64,000 nt of DNA from NCBI GenBank assembly GCA_965216785.1, contig OZ244197.1:864001-928000 (forward strand). The letters are read 5' to 3'. This DNA comes from Thermodesulfobacteriota bacterium (GTDB taxonomy: Bacteria; Desulfobacterota_D; UBA1144; Nemesobacterales; UBA2774). Position numbers and translations under genes: made by a program. Shown here in pieces: positions 1-8,594 of this stretch. The first letter of the stretch is position 1. Each line of letters starts with the position of its first letter. Below the pieces are notes generated by a model. The model searched no databases. It was not told the DNA's origin and was given only the letters and a program-made list of their open reading frames with translations.

Positions 1-442
1 CCATCTTGCTCTCATTCATTTGTTCCCTTATAGTGTCACGTTCCAATTCAGCAAATGATGCTAAAATTGTTGCCATCGCTTTTCCAGTATTTGTAGTTGG
101 GTCGAAGTTTTCTTTTATACTTACAATTGATATTCCGTGCTCTTGAAGTTCATGAAATAGGTTCAAGTATTCTCTAGTATTGCGTGCAAATCTTGATAAC
201 CTTGTGAATATTACAACTTCAAACTTTCCTTGCTTAGCATCCTCAATCAATTTTTTAAAATCAGTTCGATGCTCAATTTTAGCACCTGACATACCTTCGT
301 CAGAATATATTTTTTTCAATTCCCAACCTTTGTTCTTAGCAAATTCAGTTATCTGCTCTCTTTGTGTTGAAAGACTTTCACCTTCTTTTACTTGTTTGCT
401 AGTGGATACCCTTGTATAGCCAACTACTTTCTTTATATGCAT
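1..442 (-). CDS. Serine recombinase, probably a large serine integrase (5' part; runs off the window edge; not in the ORF track)
   Basis: Manual translation: MHIKKVVGYTRVSTSKQVKEGESLSTQ...YSDEGMSG...FTRLSRFARN...ENFDPTTNTGKAMATILASFAELERDTIREQM. It has the catalytic YxRVS and SRxAR motifs and an AGAGGA RBS. Confidence 0.93.
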   Translation of the reverse strand, partial: MHIKKVVGYTRVSTSKQVKEGESLSTQREQITEFAKNKGWELKKIYSDEGMSGAKIEHRTDFKKLIEDAKQGKFEVVIFTRLSRFARNTREYLNLFHELQEHGISIVSIKENFDPTTNTGKAMATILASFAELERDTIREQMNESKM

Positions 443-853
443 ATAATATCTTCCTCTATTGCATGGGATTGGTTTTACTCACCAAAAATAAAAAACCAAT
501 CGACCTGACAATGCTACAATTAGCAGCACCTATCTTATTATACCGATGTGGTGGACTTTTTACGGGGAGTTATTTTTCGGGAAAATCTTGAAAGTTTATA
601 ATACTTCAATAATAACAAGCAGATACAAGGGCAAAAATTTTTTCTGGATTCCCATTTTCGGATGGCAATATGTCAGCATACAACACTATTTGATATAAAA
701 TGTAGATTTTCTATATAATAATGAAGTATTCAAGAGACAAAACAAGAAAAAGTTATCCCTTCATTAGTAAAATAAAGCTCAGACGTAAATCTATGCTTAG
801 TCGCTAAGGATTAGTATTTATTATTTGCAGTAACTTTTAATAGGGCATAACGC

Positions 854-880
854 TTTACGGTCGGATCACAATACCACTCA
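854..880 (+). repeat. Direct repeat copy A (degenerate), consensus CTTACGTTATGcycACAATACCACTCA
   Basis: tttacggtcggatcacaataccactca has the same spacing as copies B-D and shares 15 nt exactly with D. Confidence 0.7.
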
Positions 881-1002
881 ATTCTATCCTTTTTTGCTAG
901 CGTTAAGAATATATCTATAAAAACACAAACTGATGATACTCAGAAGGCGAATATGTAGTCGAAGATATCCGCCTCCTTTATGCTTAACTATAAATACTAC
1001 TA

Positions 1003-2436
1003 TCACCTGACTTTTTCGACATCTGGAAGTGTCCAGGTTTTATCGAACAGCGCCTTCTCAGGCCCATAAAGACGGAAGATTAAAAAGAAGTCCTCGCCTG
1101 TAGGTAGCCAGTTTGATTCCATTCCCTCAGGCGCCTTTGGTCCAAAATATATATCAATTGTCCCATCCTCATTCTGCTTTAGATCAGCTTTTTGGACTGA
1201 ACCTAGTCCGACCTTGCTTGCATTATTAATGAAGCCTTTGGTTTTCATGCTATAGACGATAGCTGACCAGAATTGGGCTGCAGGCACATCTTTTGGGACC
1301 TTAAGACGATAGAGAGAAGATCCGTCAAACAGCTCGCCTGATTTGTCTCGCAGACCCATTAGATAGAAACTCCCTTTTCCTAAACGTTTTGGCAAGAAGG
1401 TAGCCCAGAAGTATATCCCTCCTGCCCGCTTATCCAGTAACAACTCGTCCTTAGTTACCATCGGAAACCCTGCTTCAACTTGTGCTTTAGGGAAATTTGG
1501 TGCTTGCCATTTAACATCTGACCACCAATTTACAAGTGATTTGCCAGGTGTTGTGAAGTAACTCTGCATCAAATCATAACCAAGTGTGATAGACTGCTCC
1601 AGAGCTTTTTTTGTTTCTTCATCAGGCTTAAACTCTGTACCTTTTTGAATTCCAATAGTTGGCAGCATACCCATCATTACCAGATCTTTCTCCTGAACTG
1701 GTTCTTCGTTAACAACAGTGGCTAGGTCCTCAAAGAAGCTGATATCGTATTGTGGGAGAGTGTTCCATGTTTTGGGAAATGCATTTATATAGCGGGTTGG
1801 CTCAGGATTCTCCGCCTCTGATAGTGGATAGGCCTTAAGTTTCTTGGCATATGTTACAGCCTCTTCAAGTGTACCTCCGTTAACTGCAACTGGGCGAAGT
1901 CCAACATACAAATTGAATGTCTTGGGCCTTTGGACCAGATATCCTTCAGGCACCTCTCCCTCGTAATCCGGAGGTAAAAAGAGATACTTGCCGCCTTTAC
2001 CCTTATCATCTCCTTCAGGTCCGACATCTGTCACAGGCACTTGCCATGCATCAATGACGCTTCCGAAATAGATAACCTTTTCTGATGCGGGTGGGACCTC
2101 AAGTATTACAGGGCCGTCCTTGGTGTTTAACACCGAAATTACATAGGGCACGTCGTTATTAGCAGTGAGAAATCCGTGTCTCGAAACCATAGGCTCAGAG
2201 AAATAAATGATATCGTTGAATGTAAAACCTAGCTGAGCTTCTGCGCTTTTTCGTAAATCCATCATGCTTACAGCCGGCATACCCCAGATAACAGCCTGTG
2301 TGCCGCGCTGGACAGCTTGCTTGTGCTCAAGCGATTCATCAGCTCCGTTTTGTGCCTGAGCCCGTCCCAGCTCCACAACTAGCATTATTGCTAAAATCAA
2401 AGTGAGACATGTAACCATCTGTGCTAATTTTTTCAT
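1003..2436 (-). CDS. Secreted DUF1254/DUF1214 protein
   Basis: Signal peptide; motifs TANNDVPY, GKGGKYLFLPP, FWSAIVY, NEDGTIDIYFGP and FRLYGP. Confidence 0.9.
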   Translation of the reverse strand: MKKLAQMVTCLTLILAIMLVVELGRAQAQNGADESLEHKQAVQRGTQAVIWGMPAVSMMDLRKSAEAQLGFTFNDIIYFSEPMVSRHGFLTANNDVPYVISVLNTKDGPVILEVPPASEKVIYFGSVIDAWQVPVTDVGPEGDDKGKGGKYLFLPPDYEGEVPEGYLVQRPKTFNLYVGLRPVAVNGGTLEEAVTYAKKLKAYPLSEAENPEPTRYINAFPKTWNTLPQYDISFFEDLATVVNEEPVQEKDLVMMGMLPTIGIQKGTEFKPDEETKKALEQSITLGYDLMQSYFTTPGKSLVNWWSDVKWQAPNFPKAQVEAGFPMVTKDELLLDKRAGGIYFWATFLPKRLGKGSFYLMGLRDKSGELFDGSSLYRLKVPKDVPAAQFWSAIVYSMKTKGFINNASKVGLGSVQKADLKQNEDGTIDIYFGPKAPEGMESNWLPTGEDFFLIFRLYGPEKALFDKTWTLPDVEKVR

Positions 2437-2654
2437 TGTTGCTCTCCATGTATAAATTGATAAGCGAAATCATACCTAAAAGTTTAGTCTGATACTATTT
2501 AATATTATAAGTTTCGTGGTCTTAAGAAGAAGTAAAGCAACTGATTAAATGCAAATTCAATTTTATGACATAAAGGCGAAATTGAGCTCCATTTTTTTAC
2601 TATCTGCTGGTAATAACCAAATAAAGACAGCAACTTAAACTAGAGTGCATCACC

Positions 2655-2681
2655 CTTACGTTATGCCCACAATACCACTCT
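2655..2681 (+). repeat. Direct repeat copy B
   Basis: cttacgttatgcccacaataccactct; similarity to copy C extends over 2633-2696. Confidence 0.85.
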
Positions 2682-2734
2682 TTTATACACCTTCTTAACT
2701 AGCATTAAGAACACATATAGACACGGAAACCGTA

Positions 2735-2757
2735 CTTGACAAAAGAGGTATAGTACA
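2735..2757 (+). mobile_element. Isolated degenerate IS3-family right inverted repeat
   Basis: cttgacaaaagaggtatagtaca versus cttgacaaaaggggtgcagtaca at 5268-5290. Confidence 0.55.
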
Positions 2758-2973
2758 GAAATACAAACTGAACAATTGGGTTGTATATTACAACAGGAAT
2801 TACCTTCACTCGGCTCTTGGGTTCCGCACAACAGTTCAGGCAGAAGTGGAGTATCAAAAGAATACAGATGGAAATCTGTTAAATGCTGCTTGACAAAGAA
2901 GTTCATTATTATTTGGTATTTTTCCCGACTGTATTATATTTCTTCTTTATATCTCGTTTTAAAGGAGGAGTAA

Positions 2974-3885
2974 ATGAGACTAGTCCTATTGATAATATCT
3001 TCATTATTACTGTCTGTGGGTGTTTCAAATGCTCAGGATGTGGAATTGTTTAGTGTCGCAAGGAATGAATGTGTTGAGGGAATCCCCCCACTTGGTAGTT
3101 CACTTTTTAGAGTTGACCCGGATACTGCAGAAACTGAAATTATAGGTCCTATCGGTTTTGGTGGTGTAACTGGTTTGGCATTTCTGCGGGGACGTATACT
3201 AGTGGGTAGCTCTAGTGGAGGAGTTGATCCTAGAACCGCCACTCTTATAAGGATTAATCCTGAAACTGGGCAAGGGTCAATAATAGGTGTAATAGGTAAC
3301 GAATCTGTAGATGGAGAATGCGGTAGAGCTCCTGATCTAACTTATGAAGCAGCTACTAACACTTTATTTGCGTCAGGTGATGTTTGTGATGGGGGTGACT
3401 CTTTACAAACCGTAAATCCAATCACAGGTCAGGGTACAGTTATTGGAAACTTTGACGGTGGCATTGGCAGTCCGGGAAATGGACTTGCAATAAGTGATAC
3501 CGGTGTACTATTCCATTCAGGTAGTGGTGTACTGTCCAACATTAATCGCAATACTGGTGAGGGGACATTTATTGCCAATCTTACGCTTGTTGGCAGGGTT
3601 TTTGTAAATGCACTTGCTTTCCATCCGGTTACTGGAGAGCTTTACGGAACTACAGTGGATTTATCAGATCCTCCAACTGAAAGATCATCTGCTCTTGTAA
3701 AGATAAACACAGAAACAGGTGTAACTACTGTAGTCGGGGACTTACCTAACTGTTCCGATGGTCTGATATTTTTTCAACAACCCGAACCCATCCCGACCCT
3801 ATCCGAATGGGGACTTATAGCCATGGCGGGTGTGCTGGGAATAATAGGTCTACTAGCTCTCCGAAGAAGAAAGGTAACAGCTTAA
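2974..3885 (+). CDS. Secreted beta-propeller-like protein with IPTL-CTERM sorting signal
   Basis: Signal peptide; repeated INPETGxG motifs; C-terminal IPTLSEWGLIAMAGVLGIIGLLALRRRK. Confidence 0.88.
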   Translation: MRLVLLIISSLLLSVGVSNAQDVELFSVARNECVEGIPPLGSSLFRVDPDTAETEIIGPIGFGGVTGLAFLRGRILVGSSSGGVDPRTATLIRINPETGQGSIIGVIGNESVDGECGRAPDLTYEAATNTLFASGDVCDGGDSLQTVNPITGQGTVIGNFDGGIGSPGNGLAISDTGVLFHSGSGVLSNINRNTGEGTFIANLTLVGRVFVNALAFHPVTGELYGTTVDLSDPPTERSSALVKINTETGVTTVVGDLPNCSDGLIFFQQPEPIPTLSEWGLIAMAGVLGIIGLLALRRRKVTA

Positions 3886-4005
3886 TCAGAGACTAACTGA
3901 TACAGTAAATTAATACACTAAGGGGAGCTTTTATACTGCTCCCCATTAAGAAGTAAGTATAGTTAAGTTGGTAAATTATCCGTAATACACAGTGGGAGAG
4001 CAGCC

Positions 4006-4179
4006 ATGAAACGAAGAAGATGGGACTCTAAAACCAAGACTAAGATAGTACTCGAAGGTTTATCTGGCAGACCCGTAACAGAGATTTGCAACGAGTACGG
4101 AATACATCAGAACCAATACTACCTCTGGCGTGACAAGTTTTTATCTGATGCTCATAACGCTCCTCCTTATTTCTTTTAA
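4006..4179 (+). pseudogene. IS3-family transposase OrfA fragment (HTH)
   Basis: MKRRRWDSKTKTKIVLEGLSGRPVTEICNEYGIHQNQYYLWRDKFL; truncated after about 50 codons, with no OrfB. Confidence 0.85.
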
Positions 4180-4187
4180 TAATGGTG

Positions 4188-5123
4188 CTATTCAAATTCC
4201 ACCGGAGATTGTGGTTTGGTATTTACGCGAAGTTTAAATATGTCAGGGCGTGAATAATGGCCTACCACGTCAAGTGCTCGTTTTGCCTTAGCTGCACTGT
4301 TACAGTCAACATCATAATAGATAACCCCTTCTTCTTTTCGCATAGGGCCAACAACTATATCACCACCCGGGCCGATAACAATAGAATCACCTTGGTTTAT
4401 CCATTCGTTATTATCAGGGTATAGCGTGGATTTCTCAGGGAAATCATTTGGGATATCTTTGCCCTTCATAACATTACCACAACCCACTACCCAGCAACAG
4501 CCTTCTCGTGCGATGTGTTGTAAGGTTCCAATCCACGCATCTCCACTATCATATGTTGGTGCAATATATATCTCTACACCCTGTGAATAGAGTGCGTACC
4601 TTGCCAATGGCATGTAATTTTCCCAGCATATTAGTGTTCCTATTCGTCCAACAGGAGTATCAACAACTTTTAAACCAGAGGCATCACCAAACCCCCAAAT
4701 CATCCTTTCCGGATTGGTAGGCATCAATTTGCGATGCCTATTTAACAGTGACCCATCAGAGCCAATAACAATGGTAGTGTTATAAATAGTTGCACGACTT
4801 AGGTTACTGTCCCTTTCGTCCATACCACATACAACTGTTACATTACATTTTCGAGCAGCTTCATAGAGGACTGATAAGTCGTCACTTTTCAAACTAACGG
4901 CATTTTCCAAGAGCCTAGAGTATAGTTCTTCTGATAATTTCCCATCTTTCCCCGGCCTTAAACGCCATATCCACGCTGGATAACCAGGGATAAAAGCTTC
5001 TGTGAATATTACAAGTTCAGCGCCTTTAGAGGCCGCCTCATTAACTGAATTAACAGCACTAGCTATTGTTTCTTCCTTATTCAAGAATACAGGTGCTTTT
5101 TGAACAATTGCTAACCTAGCCAT
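4188..5123 (-). CDS. Nitrilase (carbon-nitrogen hydrolase, branch 1)
   Basis: E-K-C triad in FTEAFIPGYP, HRKLMPT and LICWENYMPL; C-terminal GHYSRPD. Confidence 0.95.
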   Translation of the reverse strand: MARLAIVQKAPVFLNKEETIASAVNSVNEAASKGAELVIFTEAFIPGYPAWIWRLRPGKDGKLSEELYSRLLENAVSLKSDDLSVLYEAARKCNVTVVCGMDERDSNLSRATIYNTTIVIGSDGSLLNRHRKLMPTNPERMIWGFGDASGLKVVDTPVGRIGTLICWENYMPLARYALYSQGVEIYIAPTYDSGDAWIGTLQHIAREGCCWVVGCGNVMKGKDIPNDFPEKSTLYPDNNEWINQGDSIVIGPGGDIVVGPMRKEEGVIYYDVDCNSAAKAKRALDVVGHYSRPDIFKLRVNTKPQSPVEFE

Positions 5124-5407
5124 TGTTGATACTCTCCTCCCTTTTTAATCTAAGTCTGGTTAATATACATAACCCTGTTAATGTTTGTACAGTATGGGCA
5201 TTGTCTCTTACCCCTTGGGGGGCATCGGCTCCCTTTTGTGTTTGCAACCATTCCACCTTAAACCAAGCTTGACAAAAGGGGTGCAGTACAGTTACTTGCA
5301 CCCCTTTAACGGGACTATAGAATAAGTTAGATTTTTAACAGGAAAAGGAACGATAGCACTCTCATTAAAGTCAACAATCACTGGGACTTAATATAGAGCC
5401 GAACAGG

Positions 5408-5434
5408 CTTACGTTATGTTTACAAAACCACTCA
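5408..5434 (+). repeat. Direct repeat copy C
   Basis: cttacgttatgtttacaaaaccactca; extended similarity to copy B over 5386-5449. Confidence 0.85.
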
Positions 5435-5542
5435 TTTTTACCCCTTCTTCTCCATTGTTCTGCTGCAGCTCTGAAATACTAAATGAGTTTCCTAGAGATC
5501 GTAGGTTCAGGTTTTTATCACTACAATTCAAATTAAGCGCTT

Positions 5543-5563
5543 TATACTGCTCCCCATTAAGAA
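5543..5563 (+). mobile_element. Isolated IS3-family left inverted repeat remnant
   Basis: tatactgctccccattaagaa is identical to 3932-3952. Confidence 0.7.
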
Positions 5564-5681
5564 TCTAGTAGGATTAAGATATTTAAAGAGTGCTTGACCG
5601 AAGAATAGCGGACAACTATTAGTTTCTTTCTACTTATAGTATAATAAAGCCCACAATTTCTTATTTAGGAGGACAGAGCAG

Positions 5682-6743
5682 ATGGCAAATAAGCTGAGCA
5701 AAATACCTGGTTGTAAGGTTATCTGTAAACTGCTGGTTGTTATCGCTGTGCTTGCGGGAACCTTGCTGGCGACCCAGGGTGCGATGGCAGCCGTAAAGAA
5801 GGTCTACTGGACTGACCGTAACAACGGGACGCTTTCGGTAACGGATGTTATCAACGGCCAGACCCAAGTCTTGGCGCAAAACTTTTCACGTCTCCAGGAC
5901 GTCGATCTTGACACTAACACGGGCATTCTGTATTTCGCCGATTGGGGACCCGTTGGTCCGCCTGGAAACGAGGGTTCGATAAATCGGGTTAACAGTGACG
6001 GGACCGGTCTTGCAACCGTGTTTAATACGGGGGACGCGGTGCACCAGCTAGCGTTGGATCAGGCCTATCAACTCATCTACTTCACAAGGGCGGTAAGCTA
6101 CGATGGCCGCGAGGTTTCCGTCGTGGATTATACTGGCGGTAACTACACGATCTTACTCACAGGAGCTGGTGGCGGGCCGGGATGGTTCTACTCGGGTCTT
6201 GCCGTAGACCTCGGGAACAACTTGCTCTACTGGGGCGACCCCGGCGTCATGTCAGGTCCCCCGGACGGTTCAGTGAACAGGATGACCACCGCCGGGGTGG
6301 CGCAAACTCAGCTAACACCCCACGTCGACGGGCGAGGTCGGGGCTACGCGCTCGATCCGGTTACCCAGACAATCTTCTTAACCTCACACGATTTCCAGTC
6401 GCCTGGGACAGGGGGGGCGCTCTTCTCCTATGACATTGGGAACAACATTGAGACGCTTCTCATAAACGATCCCAACACCGGTTACTGGGACATCGAAATC
6501 GACCCGATCAGTCAGCGAATCTGGTGGACCGATTACGGGCGCGGGGAGATCCGAAGTGCCAGGTTCGACGGCTCTGATGTGCGGGTTGAGCTGTCCAACT
6601 TGACGAACCCCTACGGACTGGCACTGGAGCTTATCCAGCCTACCCCCACCCCCACTTTATCCGAATGGGGACTTATAGCCATGGCAGGAGTTTTGGGGAT
6701 AATAGGCTTACTGGCTCTACGAAAAAGAAAGGTAACAGCTTAA
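5682..6743 (+). CDS. Secreted YWTD-type beta-propeller protein with IPTL-CTERM sorting signal
   Basis: VYWTD, LYFAD, LYWGD and IWWTD repeats; C-terminal PTLSEWGLIAMAGVLGIIGLLALRKRK; GC-rich body. Confidence 0.88.
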   Translation: MANKLSKIPGCKVICKLLVVIAVLAGTLLATQGAMAAVKKVYWTDRNNGTLSVTDVINGQTQVLAQNFSRLQDVDLDTNTGILYFADWGPVGPPGNEGSINRVNSDGTGLATVFNTGDAVHQLALDQAYQLIYFTRAVSYDGREVSVVDYTGGNYTILLTGAGGGPGWFYSGLAVDLGNNLLYWGDPGVMSGPPDGSVNRMTTAGVAQTQLTPHVDGRGRGYALDPVTQTIFLTSHDFQSPGTGGALFSYDIGNNIETLLINDPNTGYWDIEIDPISQRIWWTDYGRGEIRSARFDGSDVRVELSNLTNPYGLALELIQPTPTPTLSEWGLIAMAGVLGIIGLLALRKRKVTA

Positions 6744-6780
6744 CAAGAGACTAACTGTAACAGTAAAATTGAATACCAAA

Positions 6781-6803
6781 GGGAGCTACGGCTCCCCTTT
6801 TTT
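6781..6803 (+). terminator. Rho-independent terminator
   Basis: gggagc-tacg-gctccc followed by a T-run. Confidence 0.85.
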
Positions 6804-6862
6804 GTTCCAAAATACTCAATAACTGTAGCTTATTAGAACACCCGGATTAAGTCCACATCCCG

Positions 6863-6889
6863 CTTACGTTATGCTCACAATACCACTCA
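6863..6889 (+). repeat. Direct repeat copy D, next to the 3' end of the tyrosine recombinase
   Basis: cttacgttatgctcacaataccactca, 45 bp from the recombinase stop codon. Confidence 0.85.
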
Positions 6890-6934
6890 TTATTACAAAT
6901 TCAATTGTAACTATTGGATATTTTGCTTTATTTT

Positions 6935-7561
6935 TTACTCTCTGATCTTATTAGCCAGATTACCATTTTCTGATGGCAAAACATCAGCATAAAGTACAGT
7001 CATGCTTATTTTGCTATGTCCAAGTTGTTTCTGAACATACCTTAAATTGTTCGTAGCATGAAGCAAAAAGGTAGCATAAGTGTGACGAGCACAGTGGATT
7101 GAATAATGTGAAGGTAAATGAGATTCTTCGATTGCCCTCTTGAATGATTTCATAAGAGTTATTGCTGCGGAGTGTTTTCCATTTCTACCCATAAATAACG
7201 GACTGTCATTATCAACTTCTTCGCCCATTGTTTTCTTTTTCCAAGCTATAAATCTCTTTAAATGGTTTACAAGTTCTTTGTCCAAATAAACATCCCTTTT
7301 TTTACCTCTCTTTCCATTTCGTACAATTAAATATGGATCTTTAGTTGTTAATTCAATATCACCGATTTTTAAGTTAGCAATCTCTGCTACACGCAATCCG
7401 CTAAAAAGTGCTAAATCCACTAACATGTAGCGTTTTATCCATGTTTCACGACCGTGTAATAAATCCAACTCCGACTTATCTTTACAGGTTTTTAACAGTT
7501 TTGATCTTTGATCAGAGTCTAAAATCTTTTCTCTATGGATGTTGTAAGTAGTAGAATTCAT
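6935..7561 (-). CDS. Small tyrosine recombinase (catalytic domain only, 208 aa)
   Basis: GLRVAE (R), GK (K), HCARH (HxxR), LGH and TVLY (Y); no N-terminal core-binding domain. Confidence 0.93.
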   Translation of the reverse strand: MNSTTYNIHREKILDSDQRSKLLKTCKDKSELDLLHGRETWIKRYMLVDLALFSGLRVAEIANLKIGDIELTTKDPYLIVRNGKRGKKRDVYLDKELVNHLKRFIAWKKKTMGEEVDNDSPLFMGRNGKHSAAITLMKSFKRAIEESHLPSHYSIHCARHTYATFLLHATNNLRYVQKQLGHSKISMTVLYADVLPSENGNLANKIRE

Positions 7562-7747
7562 GTTGTCGCCCTATATTTTATAGCCTATGGGTAATACTAT
7601 ATAGTCTAATACGTTTAGGACAACGGTATTTTATAGGTTATTTATGTTCTCTATAAAATATTCTGAATTCTAGATATTAAACAATACCAAAGGAAGAGAT
7701 TAAATCTACTTGGGCAGGAAATATGCAAGAAACATTTTCGACGTACA

Positions 7748-8516
7748 TTATTCGTTCTCTATTTTTTCCCAGTCATAGGTAAATTCTACATTTTCAAGAA
7801 ACTTCAGCGCTTTACGCCTCAAGCTCAGGGTCACTGTTTTGACTAGTAGAGATATGATAAAAAATAACTCGATAGAACATAGCTCCTTTACCTATCCAAC
7901 TCTTGTACGGACCTTCTATAACATTAATTTCAATATATTCATAAAAATACCGTTCACTCGGGTTTAATGTAGATTCTAAGAATCTTATTGACGAACCGCC
8001 CTTCCCGAGCCAAATTGGTTTAGATGAGGAATAGTCAGTCTTTGATTTAACACATATATCTTTAATCCCATTTACCACTTCTAAGTTGTATCGATAGTCT
8101 TCAATACCGAACTTATTGTCCTTAAGAGTTGTATTTTGGACGGATTCCAGTTCTTTTTCTATTTTATCAAACAAATATTTATCGCTTAGCTTATCGTTCC
8201 AAGATCCTATATAACTATCGAAACCGATGAAGTAAACATCATCCCCGTCACCGCTAGCAAATTTAGCTTCATTTTCACACTTATCATTTAAAGCATCCAG
8301 GGAATAACTCCTCTTATGCCACTCACCATCTTCGGGAAGCACTATTGAATAACAATTAAGCTCAATCTTGGTAGACGGATTTTCGATCTCAACATATTTT
8401 GCCGAACAGCTGAGAATAAATAAAAAGAATGGTAAGAAGCCGATAAAGAACTTGTAGCTTGGCAGTATTTCTCTATTTAATATACGCCGATCAATGTTCA
8501 TTTGTTCTTTCGCCAT
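7748..8516 (-). pseudogene. Lipoprotein with a 1-nt frameshift near the C-terminus; paralog of 28803-29555
   Basis: Lipobox LSC-SAKY. The ORF stops at ELEA* (7812), but the shifted frame continues KALKFLENVEFTYDWEKIENE* to 7748 and matches the paralog tail. Confidence 0.8.
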
Positions 8517-8594
8517 AAGTCAGAGTCTATGTCCTATGAATAATTCCAATTGTTGGTACATAATATTCAATTGCACTGCATAAGTGGCAGGTCA

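Larger units (their letters stand above)
3932..5290 (+). mobile_element. Non-autonomous IS3-family-derived unit: IRL, orfA fragment, nitrilase, IRR
   Basis: Left end TATACTGCTCCCC at 3932. The right end reads TGTACTGCACCCCTTTTGTCAAG on the minus strand, resembling IS150-group IRs. No clear target duplication. Confidence 0.65.

Noticed and set aside
180-419. 79-aa ORF on the + strand
   Set aside because: Antisense shadow of the serine recombinase.
5275-5307. Hairpin as a regulatory RNA or operator for the nitrilase
   Set aside because: Better explained as the IS right end abutting an IR-like target sequence.
854-6889. The four direct repeats as a CRISPR array, attC sites or dif sites
   Set aside because: Spacing is in kilobases and no cas genes are present. 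There is no RYYYAAC/GTTRRRY palindrome, and only one arm loosely resembles a Xer site.
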